From: Octopus vulgaris
Taxonomy: Eukaryota
Direction of reading: 5' to 3'
Length of the DNA stretch: 64,000 nucleotides
NCBI GenBank assembly: GCA_951406725.2
Contig: OX597825.1
Location: 39,308,001-39,372,000 of the forward strand
This document shows, piece after piece, positions 28,723 through 41,310 of the stretch (within the stretch, counting starts at the first letter, position 1; the number at the start of each line of letters is the position of its first letter). A program made the position numbers and the translations under genes. Below the pieces are notes generated by a model, which saw nothing but the letters and a program-made list of their open reading frames with translations, did not search any database and was not told where the DNA came from.

Positions 28723-28977
28723 TATAAATATCAACACACAAAAATATTTTTTCTTCTCCACTTCCTCCCTTATTTTTATTTTTATTTTTATTTTAATTTT
28801 TTTAATTTTTTATTCTTTATATTTTTATTCTTTATATTTTTTTTTATTTTATTTTTTATTTTTTTTATTTTTTTTTTTTTTTTTTTATTTTTTAATTTTT
28901 TATTTTTATTATTATTATTTTTATTTTCCCTTTTCTCTTTTTGTCTCTCTCCCCTTCTCCAAACACACAGACACACA

Positions 28978-29015
<38 letters not shown>

Positions 29016-29229
29016 AAAACACACACAGACACACAGAGACACACACACACACACACACACCTCCACAGAAAGATCATAGAAAGTGTGACCCCAAATGACA
29101 TTTGCCAGGCCAACCTATGCACACAACACACACTCAGTGACATTGAAATGGACAGCCAAAGTTCTTATAAAACCACAGGGGGTCCAGCAGACCAACTGAA
29201 ATAACACTTCTTCACTCTCAGATATAAAT

Positions 29230-29307
<78 letters not shown>

Positions 29308-29503
29308 TTTCTCTCTGTCTCACTTCCTCCTCACCCACTACTACGAAACTATAAAAAGGTTCAAACTACCCACAACTGATTTGATTTGAAAACCCACTAG
29401 AATGGGAGCAAGCGCTAATCCGAATGATATGATATATATGTAAAAAATGTAATATATAAATAAATATCTACAAATATGAACCATCTGATCTGATTACCTC
29501 AAT

Positions 29504-29516
<13 letters not shown>
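28723..29516 (+). repeat. 3' pseudo-LTR
   Basis: Direct repeat of 23773-24562; runs into (TA)n. Confidence 0.9.
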
Positions 29517-29559
<43 letters not shown>

Positions 29560-31639
29560 TAGTAATCTCTGAATAAACTCAATATTTAAATAGGTTTAAT
29601 TTTTCATCATATATAACCATTGACTTTTTTTAAGAGGAGGGGTCATTGTGGTTTACGTCATTGTTTACAATTATCACTAAAAGATTTTCTCATGCTTCAT
29701 ATAGATGTAAATTTTGACTCTGAATCCGAACTTGTTGATTATTTAGTCCAGAAAAGCTTTCAAAAAGCGTTAAAGGTGTTAAAAAATTTCACTATTTTCA
29801 GAATGTTCAGCCAATGAGAAAATAACGCATTTGCTGCCTCTTACATCATCAGGTGGGGGTGGCATCGGCATGTCAAAGCATTGCTAGAAATAACAGTCAA
29901 AACATGAAAATATACACGAATGAAGTTTACATTAAAACATTCACGAGCAAATTAAATATTTTAAAAGCAATGAACAAACAAACCAGCAGGAGTTGCTAGA
30001 AATGACAGTCAAAGCATTGTTTAAACAGACATTTATTAATTGAAAAATTCATGAAAGCAAGTTTGCAATATTCTCTAGGGTTTTATAAATTAAATTAACT
30101 GACCCGTGCCGTAAAAAAAGAGGGCTAATTGTAGATTTTGTATACAAATATGGATGGTAAATCAAATTAATACACTTGTCAATGTTCACATACATTCACA
30201 TACTTACCTTGTACACGCATACACATACACATATTTACTCACACAGAGTTGAAACGATGTTTAATTTTTCTTTTCAGGTTGAATGTTCATCCTCCCACCA
30301 GTTTGCCATAATCCTTTCCTTCTTTATTCATCTATTACCCCTTGCTTTCTCATTCATATGTTGTGATGACGAAAAGCACAAGAGTATTATTGTAGAATAT
30401 TATCTTTCTTGTATCTCTTTCTGCTTGTGTGCATGCGCAGCACCTTCCGATACTATGGAGACAGAGATTTTTGCCAAGGTGATGTGCAAAATACTTGCTT
30501 CTCATTGGCTAAAATACCCAAAGTTTGAAAATTTTAAAGGCTAATAACTGTAAAATTTTTACTTTTGAAAATTATAAAGGATAATGGATGTACAGGAAAA
30601 ATTAATTTCATTTTCACAATTAGTATACAAAATTTAATCAACATACCAAATTTGAAAGACAATTTAAACAAAATTGTAAACAGTGTCGAAAACCACAAAG
30701 ACCCAAGAGGAGTAATGATGTATGTGGAGTTTATGAATTTTACAATTGCTAATAATTCATTACATACATAGAAAACTGTACATCTAGACTTTAAAATAAG
30801 GAAAAGTTTTCAAATTTAATGAATACATTTTAATGAATAAAATCAGTCACGTTGTTTATCTTAGCCACCCACTATATTTTCGTATAATTAAGGTACTTAG
30901 AAGCGTCAAACCACATTTGCAGAAGGTGATTATTGATTAGTGAATCTATGTAAGTCACAACTGAAAAATGCCATGACATATTTTCTCTCACTCTAAAGAT
31001 ATTATCGTAAAATATAACCCCCTTTTGAATGCTTCCACCATAGATGACACTACTACAAGGGTTTTAGAATACCCACGCAAATGTTTAAAAAGATATCTAC
31101 ATTACCCATGAATTTATACAGAGCAATTCCAGTCACTATTACTGTAACCACGACAAGTCACTTTTAGGTTACGAATCTACGACTCCCGTATTTTTCTTTT
31201 CTGTCTCTTCTTTCCTTCTCCTCCTCCTCCTCCTCCTTTCTCTTCTTCGCCGTCTCCTTCCCCACTTATTCCTTAAACAATCAAAATCCAGAATCAACGT
31301 CCCTCATATTAAATATTTCCTCGGATCTGCTACTACTTACCCACAGAGCCTTCGCAAAAGCAAGAGAGAGAGAGAGAGAGAGAGAGAAAGAAGGAAAATA
31401 TCCTACTCGTTTGAAGACTATGAAAAGTCGTAAAGTCATGAAAAGATTGGTAGGCAGACTATGACTCTTTGTATTCGACCCTGTTATTTGTTTAGATCAA
31501 ACATCCCTTCGAATTCGAATGCTGTTTGTTCGGGTTAAGTTTGAGAGTCTGTATCAAAGGGAAAGAAAATACATACCCTCATCCAAAAATAAGAGTATCT
31601 TTTAAAAATAACTCTGCATCAAATAGATTATGGCTGCAA

Positions 31640-32320
31640 GATAAGAGTTTACTCAAGTTAGCCTTCCTCAGTTTGCATAGTGAAAGCCTAAACGGGGCTC
31701 CAGATCAGAACGCATGCATCCTTAATCGTGTCATTGGGAAGATTCTCGAACACTCCATGATCTTGGTCACCGGCTCTGCCGTGGTTCTGCAGATAGCGTT
31801 GGTGTCTTTCTCAAATGCACCCCACATATAGTAATCTATGGGATTACAATCAATGGAATTAGGAGGCAAGAATTCGGCCTGCAGCAGCAGAGGAATTTTG
31901 GGACAACCACTTTGAACTCTCTCCGAAGATACGACATATATGGCCTCGAAGCAATCACGCTCTCCTGCAAGATATTGACCACATCCTCTGGCAGCTTCAC
32001 ATGGCCCTCTGAAATGATCCTAAGTTTATGTAGAAATACGAGGGGCAGAATTCCGCTACTTAGTCAGATGTCTGTTCTACCTCTTTCTACTGGTCACAGT
32101 ATCTTTGCCTCGGCTGCATCCGCCCATGAGACTTCACAGTACTCAGAGAGTGTTGAGGAGAAGAATGATGATGTCAGCATGTTAATACATGGGGCAACTC
32201 AGCCAATATTCACAGAGCCACCATCTTCCATGTTAGTTACGTTTTCTCAACTGCCTCTTTAATCGTCCTCCACTCGAACAGTGCTGATTGTTCACCAACA
32301 CATCAGGTTGTTCTGAATAA
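31640..32320 (-). pseudogene. Decayed Tc1/mariner-superfamily transposase
   Basis: Minus strand at 31800-31880 reads PPNSIDCNPIDYYMWGAFEKDTN, the same family motif as at 61620-61670. Confidence 0.6.
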
Positions 32321-32945
32321 TGATAAAAAACAAAGAGACGGAACTATCCCTACGTATCGTTCAAAATCGTAAATATTCTAATTCGTCAAAAACATTTATA
32401 CCTTCTCTTGTCTAGAGCTTTAGGTAAATTATTACAAATGGGTTAATACCAGTTTTATGGTAAACAGCGGTAAAAATAAATCAAAATATTTAGACAGCGG
32501 TGGTTAATCAGTTGGCGAAAAATAAGTATGTTACAAACTAAATTTTATACACGATAATAATTGAAACGAAATACATAGTTAACATCTGCTAATAAAAAAT
32601 ATTGTTCGACAAGTCGGACGTATATTACCAATGTGAATAGGTTATATTGTGGGATGGATTCAATTACATGATACGGATAGAACACTTAAAATTATTTCAC
32701 AGTATTAAGTTTAGAAAACGTGATTAGAGATGCTATTATATAAAGATATCAGAAAACAAATAATGTTATTTCTCTGGAGATTATACAAAGAGAAATAAGA
32801 GTTTGCATTGTCATTTACGCTGTTTGTCTACCATTGAATACATGATTCACTAAGAACTTAATTTCATTGTGCTTCAAACTGACTTGAAGGACAATATTGC
32901 TGCTATGTCTAATAATTTAAGTGCATTTAAACATCTCTCACTGTA

Positions 32946-32995
<50 letters not shown>

Positions 32996-33082
32996 CACAT
33001 ATACATGCAAAGGTAACTGCAGAGATTTTTCATTTAGAAGTTTAAATACGACGCAGACGTATTTTAATTCACTAAAATTTTG

Positions 33083-33163
<81 letters not shown>

Positions 33164-33249
33164 GTATATATGTATGTATCTATATATATTTATACATATG
33201 TATATATATATGTGCATATATGTATACATATATGTATATATATGTATAC

Positions 33250-33296
<47 letters not shown>

Positions 33297-33334
33297 TTTA
33301 TATATATATATCTATATATATATATATATATATA

Positions 33335-33670
33335 TGTTGACTGGTCCAAATGTTGACTGGTCCTTTACACATACACACATCTCCACCAACCATAAAACAT
33401 CTTGGCAGATCTTTGTAGACACCGTCACAGACATATGTGCAAAACACTCCCCACCAAGACCTGTGAACAAAAAGTGCAGAATCCCCCAAAACAGAAAAAC
33501 CATTATCAGAAAAATAAAAGCCACTACTGACTTTGGCTGGGCTTGATTTTACCCCTTCAACTACAACATGTTGAGATCTGTCTGTCAGGAAACACTTAAT
33601 CCATTTCAGTAACTTTCCAGAGACACCAATGTTGGATAGTTTTTTCAATATATATATATGTTGACTGGTC
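33335..33670. mobile_element. Composite of two oppositely oriented CR1/L2-group LINE ORF2 fragments within (TA)n
   Basis: Minus strand 33520-33648 reads [43 protein letters not shown] (RT). Plus strand 33350-33520 reads [29 protein letters not shown] (linker-like). Confidence 0.65.
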
Positions 33671-34053
33671 ATATATATATATATATATATATGACGAGAA
33701 AGGGAGAGAGAATGGTAGATAGCAAGGTTCGCGAGAACAACAAAAAAACAGAAATACAAAGCTATGAATGTGTATTTGTCCATGTCCGAGTTTGCCCACC
33801 ATGGGCAACATATAAGAATGAAACGCTGGAAAAATTTGAATAAGTGCAAAAGTGCGCTCTTTATATATTTCATGCTAGTATGAAAGTCTGACTGCCCTTT
33901 ATTAAACCCCTCCAGTTGACATAAATAAAATAATGATTAAATTTGATATTACATATACATGTAATGTGCGTTACAGACGCTTACTAACAGATTTGATTTC
34001 TTTGCTCACTTTTCTATACTCGATTTTTCGTGTAGCCTCTTCTAGTATTCTGA

Positions 34054-34472
34054 AGGCGGCGAACCGGCAGAATCATTAGCGAGATGGACGAAATGCTTTG
34101 CGGTATTTCATCTGCCGTTACGTTCTGAGTTCAAATTCCGCCGAGGTCGACTTTGCCTTTCATCCTTTCGGGGTCAATAAATTAAGTACCATTTACGCAC
34201 TGGGGTCGATGTAATCTACTTAATCCGTTTATCTGTCCTTGTTTGTCCCCTCTTTGTTTTGTCCCTTGTGGGTAGTAAAGAAATAGGTATTTCCACTACC
34301 GCTACGTTCTGAGTACAAATTCCGCCGTGGTCGACTTTGCCTTTGATAATTTCGGGGTCGATTAAATAGGTACCTGTTACGCACTGGGGTCGATGTAATC
34401 GACTTAATCCGTTTGTCTGTCCTTGTTTCTCCCTTCTGTGTTTAGCCCCTTGTGGGAAGTAAAGAAATAATA
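34054..34472 (+). mobile_element. tRNA-derived SINE with Nin/Deu-type central domain and internal tandem duplication
   Basis: B box GAGTTCAAATTCC and domain gaggtcgactttgcctttcatcctttcggggtc..aagtacc. About 185 nt is repeated (34102-34290, 34287-34470). Confidence 0.75.
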
Positions 34473-37400
34473 ATCTGGAGTAGAAACGTGAGGCATCGAG
34501 GAATTGTTTAGTTAACTTACAGACATCACAACACTTAGGATATCATGATTCAGTAAATCATACGAATTACAAATGCCAAACTGGTCGAAAAGGGATGATG
34601 ATTCCATCTAGACACTGAAAGGAACATTATCTTTGATCAAATAATTACTTGTATTCAAATAGATGTATCCACTATTTCAAGGCAGATCGTATTTTAGGTC
34701 ACTTTGTAAAAAGTAAATTATCAAGTATTCTTTGATAGCTTGTGTACCATTATATGTACATTTCTGTTGTTGCATGTCAGAATAAACTAGGATTGTGCAG
34801 ATTTTGTATGAAACGAATAATCAGAGCAAATAACCGGTTCATTTGTCTATTAGTTATTTATGGCCTTTTCGCGACCGGCAGTATTCCAGTGTTCTAATAC
34901 GATAAACAGCAGAAAACATAAGGGAAGTTAGCAGCGGATTTGAATTCACATCGCTTAAGATGGTATTTTAGTATCACTGTGCTTGAGATAATGAATACAT
35001 GACGTCTCTATGATATTAAATCCAAATCTTCCATTTAAAATTATTTTTATTGCCAAATAGTTCAGTATTGCACAGTAGATATTGTATATCATATAAATTT
35101 CAATTCCATTTCACATTTAGTTTATATTATCAAGAGCGGTTTTATGCATATATTGTAATAAAATCTATAGATATAAGTGATTCGAATAGACATGAAAACT
35201 GCAATAGTTTTCGTATTCTACAATATTCTAATATATTGGTGTGCTTTGTAGTGGCACAACTGTTACCAAAATATTCAACAGAAAATATATCTCTATAATA
35301 AATTCTAATATGTAGTAGGACATATCTACAAATCTTGCCATTGTTCTTACATTGCTTATATGAGTTGCACTATGTTCGTATTAATCTCCTTGTAGTTTTG
35401 GATAAATAATGTCGATGATTTGATGATATTCAGTTTCTTTCCACATAAAGAATATGAGATTTTAGATTATATATATCTTTATTTTCTTATTATTCCTGCC
35501 TCATGAATCATTAACAAGTCTTGTACTGATGTAGAATCGTTAGATAGTTTTTCAACATGATTCTCGTATATTTTTAGGGTTTCTTTATAGTTTTAGAACA
35601 ATTCACGCTGAGGTCAACTCTGCTATGCTGATTAGACTAGATGAATACCTGTCGTGTGTTGAGGTCGTTTTACTCAGCTAAACTGAAATCTAGTGTCTTG
35701 TGCCTTTCTCCGAAGTAAAGAGAAAAGTAATTATGATGGGCAGCTGTCAAGCAATATTATTACTTAATCATGACTGATTTTCTTACGCTTCAGATTTGAA
35801 ATCACTCCTCGGTTCACTACACTCTTTGTATGTTCGGTAATCGTAACATATATATATGTTAATGTGTTTCTACCTCTATTCTAATAAACTCGATAAACAT
35901 AAATTTTTCAGCTTTGGAGAAAATTATAAAATAGTTTCATGAATATTTCCTTGCTGTAAATGAAATGCAAACTTTCCGAATGCTGTCCCTGTTATTCTAT
36001 TTTCTCTGCCGCTTTGAATTTGATACATCCCCTTCTCCATTGTCGTCGGAAATATTCTAACATAGTGATTGGCCTGCAAGTTATTTGTAGTTATGTGTTG
36101 TCATGTGACCAGAAATTTTCGCATTGCAAAAACTATGTAGCATGAAATTAATTAATTACAAATTCATTACGTTTAAGAATGCATGGATTTATTTATTGAG
36201 AGTAATGCAGTAATGCTAATGTGCACACAATGGAAATTCTGCTTTCATTTAAGATGACTTTTCAATATATGCACATGTACACGGGCGCAACTTTTCAGTG
36301 CAAATATGGGACATGGTAAAAAGCAATGATTTAGATTTAAACATTATTACGTTTTCAACCAAAGTCGAAGAATAAGAGAAGTTGAAATAATCAATTGATG
36401 ATTTTCACTTCTCTTATTTGACTTGATTAGATATGGAGAAACTACAAATGTAACAACATCCTTAATACTGAAATAGTTAAGACAATTTCGGCAAAAAGTT
36501 GTTGCATCATAAAAATATATTTTAGTATTACTCTTGCTATGTGAGAGCTTTTGATAAAAAATATATTCTCAGTTAACTTATGCAAGAAGCAGAAATGGAA
36601 ACCTCATCACTACAAGTTTGAATATTTCCTTATTAATCTGACATTTTGTGTTCTAATCATCTCACTTACCTTTATCAAATCAACATGAATGACAACAAGA
36701 TTATCCAATTCATGAGCAAACGTTGTAGTATTATCACCAGCTATAAATAGTGGCTTCAAGCGTCAAGGATTCCCCTTAATTACATAAAATAGAGGTGCTA
36801 TAAACCAATATGGATAAAAACTACACTGGCCTATCAATAATAAACCTCATAGTCGTTCGTATAGTAGCTATTATTTGATCTATATGTAATTCAGTAAGTG
36901 GGGCAGCAACTAGACCCAAGTCAATTTCCCTGGTAATTTGCATTATTAAAAGTCTGAAATCATGAGGATGGAAGTTTGAGAAATATTATGTTATGTAAAT
37001 TATTTTTCCTCATCAAAGGAGCTGCGTTATTATGGTTTGAATGAGACATGCAGTTAATATCATATTTTGTTTCGTGATATATAATTTCTTGGTAGAAAGC
37101 AATATTTTCCACATGATATCTGTTAATACTTCAACTCTCCCAGACGTGGGAATCTTCTGATATTGTTACCAGCCTGTATATTCCAATGCATCACATATTC
37201 ATTACATAATTCCTATTGTATTTCATGGTTCCGTCGCAGATAACACTGAACTTCAGCTCTTCTCTTAACATCCTTCCTTAAATACATTGCCAACTCACTT
37301 TATTGTTTATATTACTTTTCCCCTTATATACTTTGTAAAGTTACATTAATAATGCATACAATGATGCCGCGATAGTTGTCTACCGCTCCCATGACTGTTA

Positions 37401-38614
37401 AATACTCATAGCGTCTGACAGTAGTCTTGAAAAAAATATTGTTACATGAATGTAAGAGAAAAACAAAGGCACCTACATATTATACCGAAAATCCAAATAA
37501 AATAATCAGATTTTGAATTATGAATTCACAAAATTAGTATTTGAATGTAGTATGAATGAGCACAATATGTATTAATTTTTCGCAGCTACAACATAGAGAT
37601 TACATTGTTAATACTCAAATAACACCGTTGGTCTTCCAATAACAGCAATGAAAACAAGTTTGTTTTCAAATTTCTCACCGTATGTAAATATTCAAGCATC
37701 CAAATATAGTTTCTTAAATTGAGACACAAACCAATACGCGATTATATTTTAAACAAGAATAAATTTCTTGATCAAATAACACACCATTTTTTCACCTCAA
37801 GAATGACATGCAGAAAACAGAATCACACAATAATTACTTCATATAACTTATTGTCAAAACTGCCCCCCTAGAACACCTCATAAAACTAACAATGTATGGC
37901 CCCAAAATAATTTAAAATGCATCCATATAGTAAGCACCCAACCCATACCAGCCTGAATTTCTGCAAAGGCGTCCGGAAGATGGTTCACAATGTGTGCATG
38001 AACAATAACAGCGTGAAACCCCGTGAGAGGAATTGGTATGAAATGCAAAACAATTATGCGCATAATGGTAGTAATTTGCATTACATTTATTTCAGAAAGA
38101 AGCGCTAATACGAAGATAAATATTACTTTCTGAAGTATAATAGCCTTTAGGATATGAAAATTGTTCAAATGAACTGAAAAATGTCCTACATTAAGAGGCA
38201 CGTTTAGAAATTGAAAATATATTCAGTCTCTTGCATGGAAAATAATGTCAAGAAGACAAACCGAGGTAGACTGAAATGTAAAGACCATCAAGAAACTTGT
38301 TACAGAAAGGATTCAATATCGGCAATTGATGAGATTAACTCGAACTTAGGCAAGGGCCCTGATTGTCCCTCAGTTATTATTATTTTTTAAAGACTACAAG
38401 AAACTCTTCTCAAAACAATGCAGAAACTTTTAAAGAATTATCTCATACGTATGAAGAACTCACCAAAATGTCAAATATGCCTTATCTAAAAGGGAAGAAG
38501 CAAAGTAGATGCCACGAATTACGGTTTAACTTACATATTAGCAACTCATGGGGGACTTTGTTAGAATGTTGCTTGTCAAGTTACGGGAAGACATAGGTTT
38601 CATATTAAGATACA

Positions 38615-38850
38615 GCTTGACTTTCGTCCAACAAGGATCTCCCTTACACAGCTACTTCAGCATTTTGACTGGGTACTGAAACAACATTTTGAACATTCAA
38701 ATGTGAAGGTGATAACTCACGACAGTATCGCAACCAAAGCTTTCTACAAAGTCGATCAGAGGATGGTATGTTACAAACTTCGCAGCCGGGGTATCGTTGG
38801 AAAGCGAGTGAGTTGGTTGCTGAATGACGTTTTAAAGGATAGCAGTAAGG
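38615..38850 (+). pseudogene. Decayed CR1/L2-group LINE RT fragment
   Basis: FRPTRISLTQLLQHFDWV..KAFYKVDQRMVCYKLRSRGIVGKRVSWL resembles RT domains 2a-3. Confidence 0.6.
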
Positions 38851-39827
38851 CAGTCTCATTCTCTCCCTCAGGTGACACCAAATGTAATCTTAGTCAGTGT
38901 GTGTGTATATGCATATATTTAGGTATATGTGTATGTTTGCATATTCATGTGTTTGTGTGTTGTTTTTTTATGTGTTTGTGTGTGTGTGTAGATCTCTCTC
39001 CTTGCATGTGCATGTCTGAGTGCGTCTGTGTATGGGTTTTCATAAATATGTACGTGCGTCTGCTATGTATGGATATGTTTCTCCATATGTGTCATTGTGT
39101 GAAGTGTGCGTGTGTATATATAGTCATGTGATTGAATCTGCATTTGCGTATGCATGTGTGCGTGTGTGTTTGTCTGTTCCAAACATCAAAAAGTAAATAT
39201 ACACAGAAACAACCAGTCCCAGAAACGAAAGAGTGCCTACTGCATGAACTGAAAAAAAAAAAAACACCGCACGAAAGAGACAGATTCATGATTTATCATC
39301 CAGCAAGAATACCACGGGTAAGCCATGCCTGAAAGAAACACTTCAACAACAAACTCAAGTGGAGGAAACAGCAACAACAACGATCCAGCATGGTACGAAT
39401 CAACACAAATACCCAAAGAATATCGATGGGATTGTCATGTCTAAAGGTAGACAACCATAGGACACTGAAAAACAATACCTACGCCTCCAACGACAACAAC
39501 GGTGCAGCATAGCTAGATACAGATGATATGCATTACCACCAAAATTCGCTACATATAAAAGGTCAGAAATATTGATTGTTTATTTCAGATTGAAAAAAAA
39601 ATCAATCACGATTACAGTGGCGTACTCCAGATGAATGGTAAGTGTAATACGTATGTGTAAAAATCCAGGAATTGGTTATCCAAGTCAGTCAGAAGGCCGG
39701 GGTCCGTGTGAGCGTGCGGTATATAAAGTTAATCCAGACATGAAAACACAGAGAGTAAACAAAACAACTCGAGGACGTGGAACAAGTATAGTGTTATTGG
39801 ACGCTCAGGAAAGGAAAGTAAGAAGGA

Positions 39828-39864
39828 GGATTTAACGTTTCGAGCAGAGCTCTTTGTCAGAACC
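39828..39864 (-). ncRNA. Minimal hammerhead-like motif (G8A variant)
   Basis: GGTT-CTGACAA-A-GAGC-TCT-GCTC-GAAACGTTA-AATC. Confidence 0.45.
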
Positions 39865-40004
39865 ATAGGAAAAGGAAAGATCCAAGGAAGGGAAGACGGA
39901 GAAAAAAAAAAGCCAACGATATACATGCAGTCACGTATTGAATGACTGGAAGGGAATGGGTGAAGAAAAAGGTCTTTCAAAGATAGGAGATGCAAGAGAA
40001 GGAG

Positions 40005-41310
40005 GTATGTGTGTGTATATGTGGGGATGTGCGTGCGCACAGGTCTGTGTGTATGTTTGTGCGTGTGTAATGATAGCACGTGCGTATGTGTGTGTGGTGG
40101 TGGCTGTTAATCTATGTTTGTGGTTGGGCTTAGTATCATTTAAGGTCATAGGAAGAATGATAGTAGCAGTGGCTCTTGTTGTGCTTCTACCTACCCCTGT
40201 GCGTAGGAGGTGGTCAGTGGAAGGTACTGGAAGATTGAAGTATGTGTGTGTGCGAGTATGTATATGTACTCTGTGTGTGTTTTGTTCGTAGTGTGTGTGT
40301 GTGTATATGTATGTGTGTGTTGGTGTGTGTATATGTGTATACGTATGGCTTGTGTGTGTGTGTGTAGGAATAACTGTGCTTTAATTTTATGTGTGCGTGT
40401 GTGCTTGTATGTGCGTATGTGTGTATACATGTATGTATAATTGTATGCGTGTATGTATGAATGTATACTGTGTGTATGGGAGGCATGTGTGGGTTCATTT
40501 GTGTGTGCATGTGTGTATGTGCATGTAGTTATGTGTGCGCTCAGTTGTGCGTGTGTATGTGCGTGCGTGTGTTCGTATGTGGGTGTATATACGTGTATGC
40601 GTGGGGTTGTGAGTGTTAGGTATGTGTGCATTCGTGTGCGTACGTAAGTATGCGCTTGTTTGTGTGTGTGTACCTGTGTCTATTTGTGCATGCGTATGTG
40701 TATGTGTGCGTGCGTGTATGCATATATTGTGTATGTATGTATGTATATGTATAGTTGTGTATGTGTATTTGTGTATGCGTGTGTGCGCAGGATGTGTGTA
40801 TGTGTGTGGGTTTTTGGGGTTCGTGTTGGCGTAATGTGAGTACATGTGTGTATGTGCGTGCGTGTGTTTATGTGTATGTGCTTACGTGCATGTGTGCGTG
40901 TATGTCCGTGTGTGTTTGTGCCCATGAGTGTATAATTGTGTGCGTGTCTTAATTTGCATTGTGTGTTTCAGGTATATGTAGGAACCTGTGCTAGTGTGTG
41001 TGTGTATATATGCGTCTGTATATGTGTGCGTGTATGTATTAGATGCGTATGTATGTGCGTGTGTGTGTATGTGCATGTGTGCATGTGTGTGTGTACGCGC
41101 ATATGTGTGCATGTGTGTGTGTACGCGCATATGTGTGCATGCGGTGGGTGTATGCAGGTATGTGTGTTTGTGTATGTATGCGTGTGTGTATGTGTGTGGT
41201 AGTATGTGTGTGTGTATGTGCATGTATGTATGTTGTATGTGTGTGGTGAGTGGGTAGTATACGTGCGTTCGTGGATACGTAAGTATGTGCGTGTGTATGT
41301 GTGCGTGTAT
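40005..41310. repeat. Long degenerate (TG/TA/CG) low-complexity tract
   Basis: Directly visible; source of the C/V and H/T ORFs. Confidence 0.85.

Larger units (their letters stand above)
23773..29516 (+). mobile_element. Near-intact Penelope-like element (Neptune-type) with direct pseudo-LTRs, inserted in (TA)n
   Basis: About 790-bp direct repeats at both ends enclose an upstream ORF and an RT-GIY-YIG ORF. The linker has the CGDGRCGTC zinc motif typical of Neptune. Confidence 0.9.

Noticed and set aside
23773-29516. LTR retrotransposon interpretation
   Set aside because: No TG..CA ends, protease, RNase H or integrase. The RT and GIY-YIG are PLE-type.
37878-38201. Higher-complexity ORFs that could be a host exon
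   Set aside because: No recognisable domain and a weak acceptor context.
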